Origin: Felis catus
Taxonomy: Eukaryota
Assembly: GCF_018350175.1 (NCBI RefSeq)
Contig: NC_058386.1
Location: 5,022,001 to 5,086,000 of the forward strand
Reading direction: 5' to 3'
Length of the DNA: 64,000 nt
Under the pieces are notes generated by a model. It was not told the origin of the DNA. It made no database searches and saw only the letters and a program-made list of their open reading frames with translations. The position numbers and the translations under genes were made by a program. This document shows, one piece after another, positions 13,041 through 25,584 of this stretch (the first letter of the stretch is position 1; every line of letters begins with the position of its first letter).

Positions 13041-13373
13041 CAGACATCGACAGCAGCAAATGTTTTCTGTTTGGGACCAGAAAGTAAATACTTTTGGCTC
13101 TGGGGGCCTTGTGATCCCCATTGTAATTACTCGGTTTTGCTGTTGTAGAGTGGAATTAGCTACAGGCAACACTTATCCAAACAGGCAAGGCTATGTTCAA
13201 TAAAACTTGATGTGTAGACACTAAATGTTGAATTTCATATAATTTTCACATACCATGAGATATTGCCCTTCTTTTAATTTGTTCCCTGATGATTTAAAAA
13301 TGCAAATCCTGTTCTTAGTTTGTGGGCTAAATGAAAACAGGCAGGGGGCAATGAGTCACAGTTGCCCAAGCCC
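13041..13373 (+). mobile_element. MER58B-like hAT-Charlie DNA transposon
   Basis: gcaaatgttttctg...ccagaaagtaaata...ttactcggttttgctgttgtag...tgttcaataaaact...ttgaatttcatataattttcac...aaaacaggcagg. Confidence 0.8.
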
Positions 13374-13862
13374 ATTCTGAGTCAATCCCAGTATCAAACT
13401 TGATGAAGTGCCCATTTTGGATCATACCTAGTACGAACGTTGAACAGGTGCTTATTCTGGATGTACTCAGTACCTATCATGAAGTGGTTCCCCTTCTCGA
13501 TTGTAGATAGTGCCTCCCTTGAAGAGATGTCCATTCTGGATTGTACTGAGTATCTATTTGGATTGGGTGTCTAACTTGAAGCGATGCCCATTCTGGATTG
13601 TACCCAGAACCTACCCTGAAGAGGTGCCTATTCTGTACTGAAGCCAGCATGTATCCTTGAAGAGATGCCCATTCTGGATCATAATCAGTATTGAACTTGA
13701 CAGGTTACCCATTCTGGATCATACTCAGTACTTTGCCCTATCTGGATCGTACCCTGTACCTACTTTGAAGAGATGCCCCTTCTGGATCACACCCAATACC
13801 TAACTTGAAAGGGGGTTGCCCATTCTCTATCATACCTAATACCTAACTTGAAAGGGTACCCT
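13371..13862. repeat. degenerate minisatellite, about 12 copies of a 40-bp unit (consensus approx. cccattctggatYRtacccagtacctaccttgaagagatg)
   Basis: unit starts at 13371, 13411, 13451, 13490, 13530, 13587, 13627, 13668, 13708, 13736, 13776, 13819. Confidence 0.92.
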
Positions 13863-14316
13863 GACAATCCTGCATTCAGCACTCCGAGTTTCTCACACAT
13901 CTGGACAAAGCATCAAGAAACATCTACATTGTCTCATGTATTTACATTGAGAGGACATTTTTGTTTGTGTCCTTGAGGGAAAGTACATGGGAGTTATTTA
14001 CTCATACTAAAGAACAAGTTTCGAGAAGATAAACCACATATGAAATAATGTAGGCATATACCTTATATTGATTTTGGATAACTAAACGTATTCAGTAACA
14101 CCAAAGAGCAGACAGGTTATTTATTAGGGTGATGATTTTTTTTTCGTAAAACAAACCATTCGGGTTTACTTAATGATAATCTCATTCTGCCTTAAAAAAA
14201 AGTATGACCATTTTCATGAACACATTGCCGTTGCATATTTTTTGGGAAAATGTTCAACTGTCTTGTGATATATGTGGATTTCCAACAAACCCAAAGTGAT
14301 AAAGTTTAGCATTCAC

Positions 14317-14544
14317 TTTTTAAAATCTTTTTTAATGTTTATTTATTTTTGAGAGACAGAGAGACAGAGATAGACCGTGAGCAGGAGAGGGGCTGAAAGA
14401 GAGAGGGAGACACACAATCTGAAGCAGGCTCTGGGCTCTGGGCTGTCAGCATAGAGCCCATCACGGGGCTTAAACCCATGAACCATGAGATCATGACCCC
14501 AGCCAAAGTTGGACGCTTAGCCATCTGAGCCACCCAGGCGCCCC
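14317..14544 (-). mobile_element. CAN-SINE (SINEC_Fc2-like)
   Basis: full element; TSD ttagcattcac / ttaacattcac. Confidence 0.95.
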
Positions 14545-15087
14545 TACTTAACATTCACAGGACATTCACTCTGCCATGTGTAGAAATCTGCTGTCTTCCA
14601 GCACTGCTGTGGAATGCTTCTCAAACATCACCAAGACTTCCTGATGACAATTTCAACAAAATCTTCTCATTTCTCATCACAAATAATGGAATAATATTGG
14701 CAGGTCCATGATGGATCACTTCAAGCTACGGATATTGTCCCCCCAAGTCCTGATGGGGAAGGCTGGTATAACTTTTTCAAACAATTGCCTCTGACCATGA
14801 AATTTGTTTAAACATTGCCCTCCAGTCCCTCTTATCTACTTAATGAGCATGCATTGATTACCCATTGTATGCTAGACTTTGTGCCTGGCTCTACGGGAGC
14901 AAGTGTTTCTGCTCCACTCTTACACATGAATAATTAAGGTGGAAATACGTTCTTCATTTACTTGAATTTCATGTTTGAAAAGTACTGGGCGAGCTACCAA
15001 GTCCAGTTTGCTATTATACTACACTTGAGTAAATCCATACCAATCTACATCTGCCATGTTCGAATACCAAAGTGAGCACTTGGATTT

Positions 15088-15290
15088 AACGTTTATTTAT
15101 TTTTGAGACAGAGAGAGACAGAGCATGAATGGGGGAGGGGCAGAGAGAGAGGGAGACACAGAATCGGAAGCAGGCTCCAGGCTCTGAGCCATCAGCCCAG
15201 AGCCCAACGCGGGGCTCGAACTCACGGACCGCGAGATTGTGACCTGAGCTGAAGTCAGACGCCCAACCGACTGAGCCACCCAGGAGCCCC
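15088..15290 (-). mobile_element. CAN-SINE (Fc/Fc2-like, almost no A tail)
   Basis: TSD agcacttggattt at 15075 and 15291. Confidence 0.95.
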
Positions 15291-15317
15291 AGCACTTGGA
15301 TTTAAATGTCAAGGTTT

Positions 15318-15531
15318 GGGGCGCCTGGGTGGCTCAGTCGGTTGAGTGTCTGATTTCAGCTCTGGTCATGGCCTCACGGTTCATGGGTTCGAGTCCCACA
15401 TCAGGCTCTGAGCTCATAGCTCAGAACCTGGAGCCTGCTTCAGATTCTGTGTTTTCCTCTCTCTCTGCCCCTACTCCGCTCGCACTCTGTCTCTCTCTGC
15501 CTCTCAAAAATAAAACTAATAAAAAAAAAAA
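15318..15531 (+). mobile_element. CAN-SINE (SINEC_Fc2-like)
   Basis: TSD taaatgtcaaggttt at 15303 and 15532. Confidence 0.95.
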
Positions 15532-17189
15532 TAAATGTCAAGGTTTCTGAAACTCTCCAAATGATATGTTCAACATTGCTTAAGCAAAATGCATTTTAAA
15601 GTTATATTTTGCCATCCATCCCCAAATTGTGAAATATCTTAACTGCACACACTGTCAATTAACTTACCACTTAGCGCAAGAGTATATGATGAAATCAATG
15701 AAAGCTGATTATTTCAACATGCACTTTTCGAGGTGACTGTAAGTCTGGCATTTAGACCCAGGTAACAGACATTTAAGTACCCAAACATGACTACTGCATA
15801 CATTTAATCTTGAAAATTAACTCCCACAAGATAGCTTCTAATGCTGATTGCATCATCTGTAAATGACTGTAATCCAGCTGCATAAATATTGATGAACTTC
15901 TCAAGTTTGGAATCGCTCTTGCTGAATTTTACTACGTTCCTTGGCGCTTCTAAAATGGAAATTCTTCTCTCGATCTTGGGAGAGTTCCGTTATCAACGTG
16001 CCCCAAACAGGTCACATGCAATGATGTAGGTGATAAGAAAGAGCAGATGTGTGAATTGAATCATGTTATATGCGTTTAGCTCTGTCTGTCTCGTAAGTAT
16101 GCCTGAAAAGTCTGTCTTTTGACAGGCCCTGCAGACATAACCAGGGACCATTATTGCCTGTGAAGACACCCTCAGCAATCAGAGTTAACTTTTGGTTATA
16201 GTAAAGTAGCAATCTACTTACTTAACTACCTATTTCAGAAGTCCTCCCACGGAAGTTCACCCTGAGTGAGGGGTGATTTTGCCAAAAATTCAGGGAGTCC
16301 GAAGACCTTGGACCATCATCAGTATGACACCTACAACAAAACAAATAAGATGTTATTTTCACAGGCAGAAAAGCTAATGGGAAGAAGGTAGCTTTCCTTT
16401 CCCTTGATTTTAGACGCACAGGTCTGGGGACTGTGAAGGGTTTTGCTTGGAAGTGTGCCTTTCATTTAGAGATATATTCCAAAGCTATGGACCTATCACT
16501 TAGGCACTACCCAAAGCTGTTTGTGTTTTTGTTTCTTTTGGCTCTAGAATTGGGAAAGTGCCAAATAGGTATGGGCTTCCGTTCGGCAGATTTGAGACAA
16601 TTTCCATGTATTGACACTTATCTGGAAAGAGTTGCACAGGGACAGGGAAAGTGTAGCAGAATACTTTTTTTTTTTACTATGACAGAAGGGTTCAGGGATT
16701 TTTAATATTGTTTTCAGGTGGGTTTACATGCTTCACACTCCCGTCTCTTCCCTTTCAGTCTTAACGCTGTTCTGCCTTGTCGGCAGACTTAACGTAAGTT
16801 AAACATTACAATCTCAGGTTGAGTGAAGATGGCTAAGTGGACATACATGGGTCAGTGGGTTCCCAAGGTGGCACCTGTGCCCACCCAGCCATCCAACCCA
16901 GACTCACTGGTAAGAGGCAATTTTGAGGGACACGAAAAGCTGTTACCCACTGAAAGATGTAACAGAAGAAAGTCACACCAGTTTAAGTAAAATGCTTAAT
17001 CCCAGGGGAAGGAATGTCCAACCTGATGCTCCATGGCTACCAATAGGAGTCATGTGTCCAAGAATGTCCAGGTTGGGGAAGATACCATTTGATTGTGTAA
17101 GATCTCCTAACAGTTGTGGACAAAGTCTTGGATGGGCTTCTTGGATGGGATATTGATAATATTGGACCTTTTGCTGGTCTATGTGAGCT

Positions 17190-17598
17190 CTAACTGTACA
17201 ATGGGACATCAGTGTGGAATTTAACATGCTGGATTCACTCAGCCCATATTCACACTGTCCCCAAAGATCACCCTAGTGGGTATTCTCTGATCCCAGGTAG
17301 GAGCAACCTGGACACGCTGGGCTGGTACTTTGCTAATGATCCTCAACCAGCAACAGTTGGAGTTGATATAAAATGTCCCAGCTTCTTGGCCCCTTCCTTG
17401 GACAACTTTGATACATTTTCTCCTAGAGGATTGAGTCCCTGCTTTCCACAGGGGTACTCACTTGTTAACACAGTCTTCATTGGCTTTTCTCTTTCCTGTC
17501 TCACCAACCCACACCTTCCTTAAGAAGAACCACCTCTCAAATCCTTACCTCATCCTTACCTGGGAGGGTGGATTTGTTTTGGGGGGAGTCATAAGACA
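17190..17598 (+). mobile_element. LTR16/LTR33-like ERVL LTR remnant
   Basis: ttcattggcttttctctttcctgtctcac...aaatcctt...ttggggggagtcataagaca 3' end; 5' boundary uncertain. Confidence 0.6.
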
Positions 17599-18677
17599 GT
17601 GCCTGTGATGGAGAAGCAGGACCGTCAATGCACTGAACCGGTCGGTGAACACATCCACCAAGGGCTAGTACTACTGTCGTGTAACTTTTGAATTAACACT
17701 CAGCTGAAAGATGCGTTTGATGGAGCCTACATAATAAGGAGAATGTCGACCCTGCATTTTATGAGATTTAGTTCCAGACCCTGCATTATCATTTGCCACC
17801 CTCTCACACACAGACACTCACACATTATCCACTGCTTTGCTCCATCAAGGAGCAGTGGTGTTATCTAGCATCAGGTTGCAGGTCTCTGTTGGTGGAATAG
17901 TAGGTGGCACATTTCTGGTTGAAATACTAATCGTATCATTTTCTGACTCTGTGGACCAAGCAAGTGAGATCAGTAATTTTCTATCTGGGCTTCAAAGATA
18001 AGACTTTGGACGGCAGTTCCTGAAAATGGACTGTGCTTATTTAGGTCATCCAGAAAACACTCAAAATCCTCTGTGATTCTGCCTCCCTGGCCCAATTTAG
18101 CTCTTGGCAGACTTTAGGGGAATGGGCCCAACAGCTCTTCGTGTGTAGGAGTCAGCTTCCTGCACTAAGGGAAGGGTTGCTCATTGTTGTAACTCTGAAC
18201 TGGAGGTCTGGACGGCCCAAGGGTAGGATTTCCCTTGGATCCTAAGCCAAAGTTCTCGGTAAAACGAGATGTAAAAATGTAAAACAAGTCAATAGCAACA
18301 ATAATGGTAAAGAAATAATAATAATATCTTGGACATTGGGAAAAGCTGCCTCTCAGACTCCATTTCATGCAGAGCATAGCAGGAGGCTTGTCTGAATATA
18401 ACGCAACCCCAGAAGTACACTGGTAAAACCACTTTCTGGGTGTAGGTAATTAGGGAAGACACTGCATGTAGCAGTCAAGGCCATCAGGGAACAGATGACA
18501 TACACAAATTGGGTCACTGTGCTACACGTCTGAGTTTGAACATCACGCTGAACTTTCCTTAATTAGAAAAAGATTTACATTATATTTTAATTGTCTGTTT
18601 GCTTGTAACTTTCACTTGTAAAGTCCCTAGTACACTGGAGCTAATCAATGCATAGATGTTTTTCAATGAAAGAATAC

Positions 18678-18679
<2 letters not shown>

Positions 18680-18720
<41 letters not shown>
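18680..18720. repeat. (TG)n microsatellite
   Basis: directly visible. Confidence 0.98.
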
Positions 18721-18721
<1 letters not shown>

Positions 18722-20291
18722 GTTCCACTTGATAACTTTTCACTAATCCCTGAGTACTCCATTGTATATATGCTTTCTTTTACTTGGTCCAAGTGATATA
18801 ACAGAAAAGAGGTTTCCCGCATTTGCCTAATAGCTCAACAATAGCAACAGCAATAACAAAACACTCAAAATGGTGAATGTGTGCTATGTGCCTTTTGGGG
18901 GGGGGCAGTATGTAAGGAAGCATTACCATGTACAGACTTGGATGCAAAGAACACAGTGTGGCAACTGATGGGTTTACTTCAACAATTCCCATACTGCCTC
19001 ATCTGCCTGATTTACTCTCCTGTAATCTAAGTAAATGCTATAAGGAATAACACACGGTTTCCCAACCAATGCTCGATTCAAGAGTTGAAGCTGAACTTTG
19101 ACTCAATAAAGTGAAATTAACAGGCAATGACTGTAAAGACGGGCGATTGAAAATAATTAAATATGGATACCCAGTGCTGCTGTAGACACAAGTTAGATGA
19201 TAATACATGGAAAAACTTGGATATTTCCTCTTAAGCATTTACATATCCATCATTACTAATGTGTAACTGACATTTTGTAGTTTTCTTTCACTTTTCCATA
19301 CAGAATCTCCCACGTTTACAATTCCGTACACCTTGCCTGGGTGCTTTAATTTCCACAGTTTGTTGGAATGAATTACAAATGTCTGTCTAGTAAACTTCTG
19401 TGACAATCCTGGTGATACAATATGTTGCTGTTGGTGTTTCAAGCTGGTAAGAACAAACCCAGGGTCTTCCTATCAATACAAAGTTTTGGAATAGGGTGGA
19501 TCTGAGTTGGAAGTCCTTCAAATGATTATAATTACCCAGGGCACTTCATTAAAACAACGTTCTTGTCTAGGGGAAGTCCCAGGATATAGCACTCAAAACC
19601 CAAAGTGATAAACAGTAGTGACCTTCATTATCTTCCTAGTGTATGTATTTGGCCAAAAAATACTTGACCTACAACCAGTCTTTTCTATTAGTTCTCATTC
19701 TTTGGATGTCATGCAATTGCCTAATTCCCAAATCTCAAGTGTTATTATAAAAATTGTTTGTTTCTTCTGGTAATTGTTTTTCCATCCTAACGCCTTTTTA
19801 TAACAATCAATTTTCTATAAAAGAAATGGTAACCTAAGTGATTTTTAAAATGAAGGCTTGGATCTCTTTTAATGCCTTTTATGACCAAGAATCTTTGGTT
19901 AATGCTTAATAACTTTTACTGTCAAGACATCCTTTTTAATCTCACACCTAACCTTCCCTTGTTGGCACTTAAATCCATTTATTCCTGCTCTATGAAGATT
20001 AGGAAGAGTTGGCCAGAGTTCTCTCCATAATGACTCTTCATTTGCTTGACGACAGTTACTGAGTCAGCCTTCTGAGTAAATGTGTCCAACCTTCTTTGCC
20101 TTCCCTCAATGCCACTTTCACTGTTGCTCACATAAGTTGTCCTAGGTGCAGTGATGTTACCAAAGCAGGGGGTGAGCTGCCTGTGAATATCTCATTGTAT
20201 AGCTTCCTCCCCCTTCTCTGGAAATTGTACCTGAGAGAGGTTGGCCCCAGTGGTTATGCCCAAGTTGCATGAGCACTGCTCTTTTGGGTAG

Positions 20292-20460
20292 CTGATTGTT
20301 TCAAGGTTGAGTTGATTCAAGGTGGAGTCAAGGTTGATTGATTCAAGATTGACTGATTCAAGGTTGGTTGACTCAAGGTTGATTGATTTAAGACTAATTC
20401 AAGGTTGGCTGACTCAAGGTTGATTGATTTAAGACTGATTCAAGTTGGATAGTTGACTGA
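20292..20460. repeat. degenerate 11-15-bp tandem repeat (ttgattcaaggttga) with a 41-bp higher-order duplication
   Basis: repeated tcaagg/tgattga; 20359-20399 nearly identical to 20400-20440. Confidence 0.9.
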
Positions 20461-20726
20461 TCTGTGGCCAGTTCACATTGGACCTTCGTCAGGTTGATCG
20501 AGAGACTGAAATTTGGGGTTCAGATTCAGGGGCTGGCGCTTCTGCACCCTGCGTTGTGTTTGTGGCTATTCTCTTGGAGATGCATGATCTTCATCAGGTG
20601 AGGTCTCCAGAGTTGCCCTTGTCCCTGGGCTTCAGGTGTTTTTCCAACCCTTTCTGTCAGTGAGAAACCTAATCATAATTCAAATTCCCAATTAGGGCTT
20701 CAGGTAGCAAAAAATAATGTCTGCTT

Positions 20727-20933
20727 CTTTTTTGTTTTAACGTTTATATTTTTGAGTCAGAGAGTGAGCGAAGGAAGGAAGGGAAGAGAGAGAGGAAGGT
20801 ACAGAATCTGAAGCAGGCTCCACGCTCTGAGCTGTCGGCACAGAGCCTGATGTGGGACTCAAACCCACAAACCATGAGATCATGACCGGAGCTGAAGTTG
20901 GACACTTAGCTGACTGAGCCACCCAGGCGCCCC
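20727..20933 (-). mobile_element. CAN-SINE (SINEC_Fc2-like)
   Basis: ends tgactgagccacccaggcgcccc. Confidence 0.95.
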
Positions 20934-21599
20934 GAAGTCAAAAGTATTCTAATACACGTTTCAATGACTCCCCTCTGAAAGAAAAAAAAATTCTGCCCAG
21001 GTTCTTGTGGAGAGATTAGGTGACCACACAATACGCCTCTCTGTTATTCTGGAGGAAGATGTGGGACTGTCCAGATCTACGTATAAGCATCAGAGGTGGC
21101 ACAGTTGACACTTGTCTAAATTACTTGTTTACACCTCAGTCTCCCACCTCTGGCGAGGTCTCCAAAGGAAGGGATAAGGCTTTAGGGACTTTGGTTCTGT
21201 GACACCCTACACTGGGATGGAGGGGCAGGTTCCCAGCACATGCTGACAGAATGAAGGTTTTAACAAGTAAAAATAAATGAGTCCTGTCCTTTGCAAAGAA
21301 AAGTTAATTGCAGGCACTTTGACTAAAACTCCATAACCACGAGAAGAAATAACCTAGTGTGTGCAGCATGAAGAATATTTACAATGGAGATAAAACAGCT
21401 CTTGAGAGCCGATAGTAAGGATCGAGGTATGCTTGATGCTTTTCCTGTGTGATCACATTAGTAACGAGAAGAAACATACAGCTCCAACCAAAAGATAACC
21501 CATCTGGACGTGTTTATATGGAGAGGGGCTAGAGGGAAAGGTTTGGTTAAGAATAACTACAGGGAGGTGGTTGTGGTATTTATACCACTATCCCCATAC

Positions 21600-21815
21600 T
21601 GCTTATCTCTCATCCTGCTCTATTATTATTATTTTTGTGCTTATCACAGCCTAACAGGACACAATTTATATTTAGTCATCTGTTTATTTTTGTCTCTCTA
21701 CATCCTGCATAATTCAAGAAGCCCAGGATCGTGTCTGTCCTGTTCCCTCTGGCATCCACAGACCCATAATGGTGTCTGGTACATGACAGGACCTGGTAGT
21801 TCTTGTTTTGTGTTG
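21600..21815. mobile_element. L2 3'-end remnant
   Basis: gtgcttatcacagcct...tttatttttgtctctc...caggatcgtgtctgtcctgttc...gtgtctggtacat. Confidence 0.55.
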
Positions 21816-22254
21816 ATGGACTCCACAATGAGTAGAGATTCTGTGTGGGAGCTTTGTCTCCTCAGGGACTTTTGCAAGGAAGGACTTAGATTCGTGTCAT
21901 GGATGAAGTTGATGAGCTGGGGAACGGGCATTTCGGTCTCTAATTTCTTACATTCCTTTAGCTGCATCAGCAAAAGCACCTCGTTCTCTCTTAGGAGAAA
22001 GGGTTTGACCAGCTAGTGAAGGAGTAGGAGAAAAACTCCTCCAGACCTTTGCCTTATCCACCCAATCACCTTCAGGGCCATCGCAAAGATCTTCAGTAAC
22101 TAGATGGATCCGTCCACGCCTCAGAATATTTCCACATCTGCTTTGGTGTATCTAATAGTTTCTTACAGAGGACTTTTGCTTGGGGGAGGGAGAGTGGTTT
22201 AGATAGATTTTTTTTTCTTTTGCCATAGGAAATAACTTTAAATTTAAAAATGTA

Positions 22255-22464
22255 GGGGCACCTGGTGGCTCAGTCTCTTGGGCGTCCAACCTCCACTCAG
22301 GTCATGATCTCACGGTCTGTGGGTTCGAGCCCCGCGTTGGGCTCTGTGCTGACAGCTCAGAGCCTGGAGCCTGCTTCGGATTCTGTGTCTCCCTCTCTCT
22401 CTGCCCCTCCCACATTCAAACTCTGTCTCTCTCTCTCTCAAAAATAAATAGACATTAAAAAAAA
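22255..22464 (+). mobile_element. CAN-SINE (SINEC_Fc2-like)
   Basis: full element. Confidence 0.95.
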
Positions 22465-22782
22465 TCACCACAAGACAGCCCCTTCATGCATATGTTGTCA
22501 TTAAGTTGTAATCACATCAGTGTGAATAATAACAAAAACATTTGCTCCCTTGAACACAAGCAGGGAGTAAAGCTAGAAGGAAGGCCCACTTCCTGAGCTG
22601 TGGGAGGTGCCACCTCCGAGGAGGGGCAGTGCTTCTGAAGCTCTGGGACTCTTGAAGTGAAGCTTGCTGGTCTACTACCCAGTGGTGCCTGGGACCCTAG
22701 ACCATGGTGATGGGCATTTAGATTAATGTGTGTTAGTGAGACATGCATAAAAGGATCAACAACTCATATTTGGTGACAATAT

Positions 22783-22994
22783 TTTTTCAAAATTTTTTAC
22801 AGCTTATTTTTATTTATTTTGTGTGATAGAGAACAAGCAGGGGAGGGGCAGAGAGAGAGAGAGAGAAAATCCCAAAGAAGTTCCACACAGTCAGCGCAGA
22901 GCCCTACACAGGGCTTAATACTAAGAACCATGAGATCATGACCTGAGCTAAAATTAAGTCAGACGCTTAATGGACTGAGCCACCCAGGCATCCC
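22783..22994 (-). mobile_element. CAN-SINE (Fc3-like)
   Basis: gagatcatgacctgagc...gactgagccacccaggcatccc. Confidence 0.9.
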
Positions 22995-23257
22995 AGAGAT
23001 TTGTTTTTTTTTTTTTAAATAACTAGTTCTTTTTGGGAAATCTTTACCCCCAAAGGATAGTTAAGGTTAAGGATGTAGTGTCTTTTCGTCTTCAAGGGAA
23101 TAACGTTTAAGACTTGACTTGATCACACAAAGTTTACAATTCCTAAGTTTTTGCTGATGAAGATGTGACCCAGAACATTGAGTTAGCAGGGAATGAGTTA
23201 GAATTCAGGGGTACAGTATCAAGGATGACAGATATTTAAAAAATAAAATTACTCAAC

Positions 23258-23451
23258 ATTTCTTTTTAAAAAATGTTTATTTTGAGAGTGCGAGCATGGG
23301 AAGGGAAGAGCTGCAGAGAGAGAGAATCCCAAGCAGGCTGCACGTTCAGCATGGAGCCTGACACGGGGCTCTATCTCAGGAACCTTAAGATCACGACCTG
23401 AGCCAAAATCAAATGTCAGTGACTTGACCAACTGAGCCACCCAGGTGCACC
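23258..23451 (-). mobile_element. CAN-SINE (Fc3-like)
   Basis: agaatcccaagcaggct...actgagccacccaggtgcacc. Confidence 0.9.
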
Positions 23452-23914
23452 TCTAAAATATTTTAGAAACAGAAAAAGATGATGGATGTTATCTGATCCT
23501 ACTTTAGTATAATCATTGGTATAAATCAAGCCATCACCTTGCATGGGTGGCTTAAACTTATGCCATAGTGATGCATGCAGATTATTTCTTATTACAAGTG
23601 GAAAAAAATTAAAACTTCTGCATGTTGGACAGCTAAGGATGGAGTGGGAAGAGAAAGGGTGGACGGTGAGGAAGTAATGGAACAAGTGGATGGGAGAGGT
23701 CGGGGAGGACAGGTTGGATGTGGAAAGGAGACAGCTGATGTCACAGTGACAGGCAGGCAGGGCCACACAGCCTTACTCTTCTCACTAAGAGAGAGGTGTC
23801 CAAGCGTGGGGAAGGAGTAGACAGAGCATGCTCCGGAAAAGGAAACTTTACGGATACAGAGGCACGAATGCAAATGAACCCATTCAGTGTATGTAAGTCT
23901 TTTTCAAGGAAGAC

Positions 23915-24107
23915 AAAGCAATGTAGAGGCTAAGAGTTTCAGCTCTGTGGTCAGAGATGTATATTCTGTCCCTGGCTGGGCCACCTTGGGGTTGTGGAGT
24001 GAGTTCTGTCCGACAGCCTTAAGCTCCAGTCTTCTCATTTTTAAAATGTTTCTTTAAAAGGCATTCATTTCTAGGATGTTGTGTATTCAATGAGATAAAG
24101 AACATTA
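23915..24107 (+). mobile_element. MIR remnant
   Basis: gtagaggctaagag...gctctgtggtcaga...cagtcttctcatttttaaaatg...aggatgttgtgtattcaatgagataa. Confidence 0.65.
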
Positions 24108-24108
24108 T

Positions 24109-24331
24109 GGGGCGCCTGGGTGGCGCAGTCGGTTAAGCGTCCGACTTCAGCCAGGTCATGATCTCGCGGTCCGTGAGTTCGAGCCCCGCGTCAGGCTCTG
24201 GGCTGATGGCTCAGAGCCTGGAGCCTGTTTCCGATTCTGTGTCTCCCTCTCTCTCTGCCCCTCCCCTGTTCATGCTCTGTCTCTCTCTGTCCCAAAAATA
24301 AATAAATGTTGAAAAAAATTAAAAAAAAAAA
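24109..24331 (+). mobile_element. young SINEC_Fc
   Basis: near-consensus sequence; TSD aaagaacatta at 24097 and 24332. Confidence 0.97.
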
Positions 24332-25584
24332 AAAGAACATTACACCCTCAGGTGAATGGTGGACACATCCTAAATCAGAAGAAGGAATCTCAGAGGCCAA
24401 CAGGTGTGACTCCAGAAAGCAGAACTGAGGGAGGTTTTGGTGAACTAGAAAGTGAATCCTTTGCGAGGAAGCCACTATCCCCTCCAACTGCTAACCTCCA
24501 GGCCACAGATAACCAGATATTGCCACATCTTTAGATGACCTTCCAAGAGAAGGTATAGCACATTCAGGCTGTTAATTCAGTGTTTTAAAAATGCTCGCAA
24601 AACGATTCATGTTTTACAAACCATATGCAGGGCTAATGAACACATCTATGGGCTGTGCTCAGGACCTCTATTAAAAAGTATTTGCTCTTACGATCATTGC
24701 TATTCCGGTAGCCTATTATGATGATGAATATCATTACGATTGTTTTGCCTTTGTTTTGGGGAGCAAATCACTGTCTTGGGAGCTAAAGAAACTATAAGAG
24801 AGAAAACAGAATACATACTGTCATAGTAAGCTGAATATAGAAAATCAGTTAATAGGCACAAATACGCACAATTAAATACCCTCCAAAATATTTTAAGAAC
24901 TATGAGGACAGCAGGGGATTTCCTTTTTATTTTAAACACAGCTGTGATGTGTATTTTCTGAAGAGCTTCAAACAAGCTTCGGTTTATGGTGGTCCCATCT
25001 GAAATGGATTTCAGACTGAATTAGGTAACGCCTCCAGAGAGCTCGATATATGTTATTAGTCATCAACATGACCATCGTCATCATTACATGCAATCAGACA
25101 GCTAACCTACTTACGTACATCAGGTCTCAAATCCTGATTTAAATATTTCACATTGCCTCAAGGTTAATGAACTTGACACCAAATATGCAAATTAAAAGTT
25201 GTCAGACATCTGAACAAAGGAACAAAGATGTTAGGTCCAAGGAAGCTTACTGCAGTGACGGAATAAAAGCTTCTGGGTGTTCATCAATAGGGCAGTTGTT
25301 AACTGCCTTCTATAAAATACAGCACTGTTGTTTAAAAAAGTTAATGACACTAACTATGTAGCCTTTGCAATATGGGTAACACAAGTGATTTTTATTTCCT
25401 TTTTTCCTGTTAGGAGAATTTCATCTACATGACTAGTCAGTTTTTCCATGGTGTCTTTCTCTTTCCAGGTCTACTTTTCTTTTGTTTGTTTAGGAACTCG
25501 TTATTTTAGACCCAGGCATCCAATGTGGATTCCTAGTTATATTTTCTTATAACTTGTGAATGTTTTCTTTTGTGTTGGCCATTA

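Noticed and set aside
13371-13862. CRISPR-like look of the 40-bp array
   Set aside because: The variable parts are homologous to each other rather than unique spacers, there are no cas genes, and the DNA is mammalian
16718-16793. Possible exon ttttcag|...aac|gtaagt
   Set aside because: No recognisable peptide or linked exons; cannot be supported without transcripts
21510-22016. 168-aa ORF, the longest non-L1 ORF
   Set aside because: Non-ATG start, runs through an L2 remnant, no recognisable homology
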